Part shown: one piece after another, positions 63,006-64,000 of the stretch
Layout of the letters: the number at the start of each line of letters is the position of its first letter
Position numbering within the stretch: the stretch's first letter is position 1
DNA from: Auanema rhodensis
Lineage: Eukaryota > Animalia > Nematoda
Length of the DNA: 64,000 nucleotides
Direction of reading: 5' to 3'
Assembly (NCBI GenBank): GCA_964057225.1
Contig: OZ059898.1
Coordinates: 5,270,001 to 5,334,000 of the forward strand
Notes under the pieces: model-generated
Told to the model about the DNA's origin: nothing
The model's input: the letters and a program-made list of their open reading frames with translations, nothing else
Databases searched by the model: none
Position numbers and translations under genes: made by a program

Positions 63006-64000
63006 ATGATGTCTAACTCAAAATATGATTCGCTGCGAATTAAATTGCCTCAAGCATCGAAATCTAGTAATTGGCTCTTGAATGACAAGTAAGAAAAGAA
63101 CTCTTTAAAAATTATGACAACGATTCAGGCTATCATCTGTTTTAAGTAAAAAGTCCATATTTGTAATCTTTCTATTTTTCGCATACTCATTTCTTTTGCT
63201 TTATGTTAGCGGGAGTTATGCCTTAGAATGCGGAACTCGTTATCCTCGTTCAGGAAAGGTATCTTACAAGTAAGACTATTAGATATTAAAAATAGCTTAT
63301 TACATTGAATGCACTCAGATACATGAATGATTATGATTCTGATTGTAATGGACATTCGTTCCAATCAAGAATTATAGAACAAAAGAGGTAGACAAATACT
63401 TTACGTCTCCACACGATAATATACTTTTTAGGATATTAGCATCTGTTCGACGAGAATTACTAGATTCATCGAAGAAGTTAGAAGAAGTAAATCAAATTAT
63501 TGATGATCTGAATAGGAAAATTCCTGAGAAACGTTAGCTCACACCTATTTTTGAAAACTATGAATTTTATAGAGCAAGAATTGGACCTGTTGCATGAAGC
63601 AAAAGAGAGCGCTCAAAGAGCACTTCAAGATCTTAAAGATCGAAGAAATGTTAGGGTTTTTTTACCACATACCCCACTCTACAATAAACTGTTTGTTTCT
63701 GTATTATTCATGAGCTTCTAATTTTCTAAAGTATTATAGACAAGAAGAAGCTTCTTATTTAAAAAGCACTACTCCAAAAGAATCTGATCTTTTCGACTTT
63801 AGGTTTATGCTTCCGTGTATGCTATATTGAGATTATATATTTTCAGCCGTTGTTCCATTACTTCATTCCTTCCGATATATATTGAAAATCAGCTTGGAGA
63901 TTCTTCATTCCAGAAAGAATTGGAAACATATGGAAATATTGTTAAAAATAGGGTACAAGCATGTATCACTGTAAGTCTTGGTATTGGAAAAAAAAAGTTT
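63006..64000 (+). CDS. rib-2: Exostosin-like EXTL3/RIB-2 heparan-sulfate GlcNAc transferase, 5' part (continues beyond window)
   Basis: Type II TM (KKSIFVIFLFFAYSFLLLYVSG), coiled coil RILASVRRELLDSSKKLEEVNQIIDDLNRKI...QRALQDLKDRRNVRVFLP, then LFDFSRCSITSFLPIYI...ACIT, matching the EXTL3 N-terminal layout. Confidence 0.82.

Overview
AT-rich eukaryotic DNA from a nematode, most likely a rhabditid/clade V species (inference from gene content, very short ~35-55 nt introns and operon-like spacing). The ORF track mostly shows exon fragments and low-complexity noise, so genes were assembled by hand from GT-AG exons. I can support about 19 protein-coding genes. From left to right: the 3' part of an unknown helical protein ending in a TQT motif, a TRPC channel (trp-1-like), TMX2, PRKRIP1 and ABHD16A (operon-like), the CDK5 activator p35/cdka-1, then an ~11.5 kb gene desert, caudal/pal-1, ARL6/BBS3 with an upstream X-box, a 4-TM protein, TM2D1 and TIM10 (operon-like), and a LAPTM/DUF4728-like 4-TM protein. 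A minus-strand cluster follows: an unannotated tail-anchored microprotein, mitochondrial AsnRS, POP5 and ACBD5/maa-1, headed by a 119-bp x3 tandem repeat. The window ends with a secreted Gly/Cys-rich protein, a saposin-like protein and the 5' part of EXTL3/rib-2. No transposon, tRNA, rRNA, CRISPR or telomeric array was seen. The most interesting items are the hidden PTAP-bearing microprotein gene with a triplicated upstream region, clustered bantam/miR-58-family seed sites in the cdka-1 (and TRPC) 3'UTRs, Cdx+TCF motif clusters in pal-1 introns, and a perfect palindromic X-box upstream of arl-6. C. elegans locus names are from memory and need a database check.
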